Source: Planctomycetota bacterium | GTDB lineage: Bacteria > Planctomycetota > Planctomycetia > Pirellulales > Lacipirellulaceae | Assembly (NCBI GenBank): GCA_039190745.1 | Contig: JBCCXZ010000063.1 | Coordinates: 1 to 19,362, forward strand | Direction of reading: 5' to 3' | DNA: 19,362 bases | Part shown: positions 16,189 to 19,362 of the stretch, piece by piece | Position numbering within the stretch: position 1 is the stretch's first letter | How the letters are laid out: each line of letters opens with the position of its first letter | Made by a program: the position numbers and the translations under genes | The notes under the pieces: generated by a model | The model's database searches: none | What the model was told of the DNA's origin: nothing | The model's input: only the letters and a program-made list of their open reading frames with translations

Positions 16189-18252
16189 ATGCGTGTTCTC
16201 CGCGAAGCGATCGCCGAAGGCAGCTGCCTCCTGAACCTCGACGCGAGGACCATGCCGGAGGTGATCCAGGCGGGCTGCGAGTTCCTCGTACAAACCGGCC
16301 GTTTGCCCGAGAAGCAGCTCGAGCCCGTCGTCGAAGGCCTGCTCGAGCGAGAGCGCGTGGCGCCCACGGCAATCGGCCATGCGTGTGCGGTGCCCCACCA
16401 CTACGGCGAGGGCATCGCCGAGCCCATCTTGGTTTTCATCCGGCTGAGGCACCCCGCCAACTTCGGCGCCCTCGACCGGATCGCCACTCGGTTCGTCTTC
16501 CTGCTGATCGGCCCCAGCGACCGCGCCGGCGAGCATCTCGATACACTCGCTGCGATCGCGCGTCTGATGTCCGACGACGAGTTCCACGTCGCCGCCGCAA
16601 GCGCCCAAACGCAGCAGGCGTTGCTCGAAGCGCTCAACGAACACAACGACCGGGCCGCCTACGCGCAGACGACCAAACCGCGGGAGGTAACCGACGGGCT
16701 CCTCCCTGCAAGACGCCCCTTCGAGGGCGTCCGCCGCGACCTCCGACGCCGGCTGCCGCACTACGCAGACGACTTCCGTTCGGGTTTGGAGCGTAAGTGC
16801 ATCGCGTCGATCTTGTTCATGTTCTTCGCGTGCCTTGCGCCCGCGGTCACGTTCGGCGGCATCATGGGCCTCGCCACCGACGGCCAGATCGGCGCCGTCG
16901 AAATGCTGGTCGCCTCTGCCGCCTGCGGTGTCGTCTACGCACTGACCGCAGGCCAGCCCCTGATCATCCTCGGCGGAATCGGCCCGCTGCTCATCTTCAC
17001 CATCATCCTCTACGAACTCTGCGGCGACCTCGGCCTCGGCGACCAGTTCCTCTCGGTCTACGCCTGGGTCGGCCTCTGGACCGGACTCTTCACGGTTCTG
17101 CTGGCGGTGACCAACGCCAGCAACCTCATGCGCTACTTCACTCGCTTTACGGACGAGATCTTCTCCGTGCTGATGTCGCTCATCTTCATCTATGAGGCGG
17201 TCCGCGCCGTCGTCCGCACCTTCCGCGAGAGTTTCAGCGACCCCGCCGCCGCCCACGACTCGGCTTTCCTCGCTCTGACGCTTGCGCTCGGCACGTTCTA
17301 CATCGCCACGACGCTCTCACGCTTCCGCCGCAGCCACTTCCTTGCGCCCTGGATGCGTGAAGTGCTCTCCGACTTCGGGCCCACCATCGCCCTGTTCAGC
17401 ATGGCGGTTGTGGCGTATTGGCTCCGCGATGAGATCGTCCTGAAAACTCTTGAGGTCGGCGCCGGGTTCGGCACCACCTCGGGTAGGCCCTGGTTGGTCG
17501 ACCTCGGGGCCGTCTCGGTCGGAACACGCCTCGCCGCCGCGGGGCCCGCGGCCATCGCGACGGTCCTGCTCTTCCTCTCGCAGAACATCACCGCCCGGCT
17601 GGTCAACAGCCCGCAGAACAAGCTCAAGAAAGGCGAGTCGTACCACCTCGACCTTACCGTCGTCGGCGTGCTCGTGGCGGCCTGCTCACTGTTCGGCTTC
17701 CCTTGGCTCGTCGCGGCGACGGTCCGGTCGCTGGCCCACGTGCGGGCGCTGGCCGACGTGGAAGAAGTCGTCTCCTCCGGCGGGGCCCCCCGCGAGCGTA
17801 TTCTCCAAGTCAACGAAAACCGCCTCACCGCCCTCGTGATCCACATCCTGCTCGGCGCGACTCTCTTCTTCCTCCCCCTCTTGGAATACGTCCCCATGGC
17901 AACGCTCTACGGCATGTTCCTGTACATGGGCGTCGTCTCTCTGCAGGGCACCCAATTCATCGAGCGCCTCAGCCTCTGGTTGATGGACTCCACGCTCTAC
18001 CCCGCCACGCACTACATCCGCCAAGTGCCCATCCGTACCATCCACCTGTTCACGCTCCTCCAGTTCGGGTGCCTCGCGGTGCTTTGCGCGGTCAACGTCA
18101 GCCCCTGGCAGACGCTCCGGATTATGTTCCCGGTCTTGATCGCCATGCTCGTGATCGTCCGCTGGATGGCCGGCGGGTTCTTCGACAAGTCCCACCTGTC
18201 GATCCTCGACGCCGACGAAGAGCCCTCCGCCGAGCAGTCGCACTGGCTGTAG
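16189..18252 (+). CDS. PTS EIIA (type 2)-like domain fused to SLC4 / HCO3- cotransporter (Band 3/AE/NBC/BOR-like) anion transporter
   Basis: N-terminus 'LLERERVAPTAIGHACAVPH' is the EIIA phospho-His signature. Membrane domain 'RRDLRRRLPHYADDF', 'FFACLAPAVTFGG', 'GQPLIILGGIGPLLIF', 'YFTRFTDEIFSVLMSLIFIYEA', 'SDFG', 'KLKKGESYHLDL', 'PWLVAATVRSLAH', 'VNENRLT', 'LYGMFLYMGVVSL', 'IHLFTLLQ' follows SLC4 motifs in order. Confidence 0.92.
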   Translation: MRVLREAIAEGSCLLNLDARTMPEVIQAGCEFLVQTGRLPEKQLEPVVEGLLERERVAPTAIGHACAVPHHYGEGIAEPILVFIRLRHPANFGALDRIATRFVFLLIGPSDRAGEHLDTLAAIARLMSDDEFHVAAASAQTQQALLEALNEHNDRAAYAQTTKPREVTDGLLPARRPFEGVRRDLRRRLPHYADDFRSGLERKCIASILFMFFACLAPAVTFGGIMGLATDGQIGAVEMLVASAACGVVYALTAGQPLIILGGIGPLLIFTIILYELCGDLGLGDQFLSVYAWVGLWTGLFTVLLAVTNASNLMRYFTRFTDEIFSVLMSLIFIYEAVRAVVRTFRESFSDPAAAHDSAFLALTLALGTFYIATTLSRFRRSHFLAPWMREVLSDFGPTIALFSMAVVAYWLRDEIVLKTLEVGAGFGTTSGRPWLVDLGAVSVGTRLAAAGPAAIATVLLFLSQNITARLVNSPQNKLKKGESYHLDLTVVGVLVAACSLFGFPWLVAATVRSLAHVRALADVEEVVSSGGAPRERILQVNENRLTALVIHILLGATLFFLPLLEYVPMATLYGMFLYMGVVSLQGTQFIERLSLWLMDSTLYPATHYIRQVPIRTIHLFTLLQFGCLAVLCAVNVSPWQTLRIMFPVLIAMLVIVRWMAGGFFDKSHLSILDADEEPSAEQSHWL

Positions 18253-18303
18253 CGCCAGGCAAGCTCTACTGGCCGCCCCGAGACAAACGTGGCCTTCCGG
18301 CCG

Positions 18304-18309
18304 TATACT
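18304..18309 (+). promoter_or_regulatory. Possible -10 box (TATACT) upstream of the sulfatase
   Basis: TATACT ending 53 nt before ATG 18363; only a weak -35 (GAGACA, 18280-18285). Confidence 0.3.
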
Positions 18310-18362
18310 GCAGACTGCGGAAGTCGTTCTCCTACCCAGACGTCCCCGGCACTGACGCCGCA

Positions 18363-19362
18363 ATGCCAGCCATATCCAACAAAGTCCCCCGGGGCGTCCT
18401 GCTTCTGACAACCGTGCTCGCTTGCTGGTGCATCCAGAAAGCAGCCCCGGCCGCCGGCCCGCCGAGGATCATCTTCATACTTGCCGACGATCTCGGCTAC
18501 GGCGACCTCGGCTGCTACGGTCAGACCAACTTCCAGACGCCCCACATCGACCGAATGGCGGCCGAGGGCCTCCGCTTCACCCAGCACTACGCCGGCTCGA
18601 CCGTCTGCGCTCCCTCACGCGCGTGCTTGCTTACCGGCCAGCACACCGGCCACGTCTGGCAACGCGCCAACGGCAAGATCCACTTCCGCTCCGACCCGCG
18701 GGACCTCACGATCGCTACGATGCTCAAGCGCGCCGGCTACCGCACCGCGATGATCGGCAAGTCCGGCGTCGCCTGCAACGACAGCGACGGCAAGCGGCCG
18801 AACAAGAAAGGCTTCGACCATTTCTTCGGCTACGTGAGCCACACCGCTGCTCACCGCTACTACCCAACCTCGCTGTGGCGGAACGGCAAGCTCGTCCGCT
18901 ACACAGACAACCAAGGCAAAGCGGGCAAGACTTACTCGGGCGACCTCTTCCGGGAAGACGCACTGGCATTCATCGATGCCAATCGGCGTGAGAAATTCTT
19001 TCTTTTCCTCGCGCTGCAGCAACCGCACGCCGACCTTGCCGTGCCGGACCTCTACAGAAAACGGTTCGCCGGCAAGTTCCAAGAAACACCCCACCCAGGC
19101 GGACACTATCGAGCCGAGCCTGAGCCCAAAGCCACCTACGCGGGCATGATCTCCCACCTCGATGAAACGGTCGGGGCCGTTCTCCACAAGCTCCGCGAAC
19201 TCGGCATCGAGCGAGAGACACTTGTTCTCTTTAGCAGCGACAACGGCCCCATGTCCGAAGGGGGCTGGGACCAAGATTTCTTCAACTCCAGCGGGCCCTT
19301 ACGGGGCGGCAAGCGAGACCTTTACGAGGGCGGCGTACGCGTGCCGCTGATCGCCCGATGGC
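18363..19362 (+). CDS. Cys-type (formylglycine-dependent, S1) sulfatase, 3'-truncated by the window
   Basis: Absent from the ORF track because no stop falls in the window; translated by hand: MPAISNKVPRGVLLLTTVLACWCIQKAAPAAGPPRIIFILADDLGYGDLGCYG…CAPSRACLLTG (Cys codon 18606)…GYRTAMIGKSG…GFDHFFG…SSDNG…GGKRDLYEGGVRVP; signal-peptide-like N-terminus. Confidence 0.95.
   Translation, partial: MPAISNKVPRGVLLLTTVLACWCIQKAAPAAGPPRIIFILADDLGYGDLGCYGQTNFQTPHIDRMAAEGLRFTQHYAGSTVCAPSRACLLTGQHTGHVWQRANGKIHFRSDPRDLTIATMLKRAGYRTAMIGKSGVACNDSDGKRPNKKGFDHFFGYVSHTAAHRYYPTSLWRNGKLVRYTDNQGKAGKTYSGDLFREDALAFIDANRREKFFLFLALQQPHADLAVPDLYRKRFAGKFQETPHPGGHYRAEPEPKATYAGMISHLDETVGAVLHKLRELGIERETLVLFSSDNGPMSEGGWDQDFFNSSGPLRGGKRDLYEGGVRVPLIARW

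Noticed and set aside
18422..18991. ORF-track entries at the window end (18422-18991, 18481-18753, 18615-19274)
   Set aside because: All are shadow frames of the sulfatase that starts at 18363 and runs off the window.
1..19362. CRISPR arrays, tRNA/rRNA genes, transposases or integrases
   Set aside because: No regularly spaced direct repeats, RNA gene signatures or recombinase motifs seen; intergenic gaps are all under ~230 nt.

Overview
GC-rich bacterial DNA with a planctomycete signature (DUF1549/DUF1553 cytochrome-c protein plus Tat-exported DUF1501 protein, a sulfatase, and a large acidic Ig/cadherin-repeat exoprotein); Pirellulales-like origin is an inference. Gene order: 3' part of a large secreted repeat protein (+); DUF1553/DUF1501 pair (+); stand-alone GspE/PilB ATPase with an N-terminal GYF_2-like domain (+); then a convergent minus-strand run of a small membrane ORF, TerY vWA, PP2C phosphatase, YegI-like membrane kinase (TerY-P triad), DUF418 membrane protein and a GT4 glycosyltransferase; divergently, a PTS EIIA-domain/SLC4 (Band 3-like) anion transporter fusion and the 5' part of a Cys-type sulfatase missing from the ORF track. 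Most notable: the eukaryote-like SLC4 transporter that keeps a PTS phospho-His motif, has Ser at the AE1 E681 position and sits before a sulfatase; a TerY-P variant with degenerate HhH motifs, an extra C-terminal membrane anchor and extra membrane genes; the GYF_2-GspE fusion; and an 86-nt imperfect inverted repeat. All family calls are from motif recognition by eye, with no database searches. No rRNA, tRNA, CRISPR or transposase was seen.
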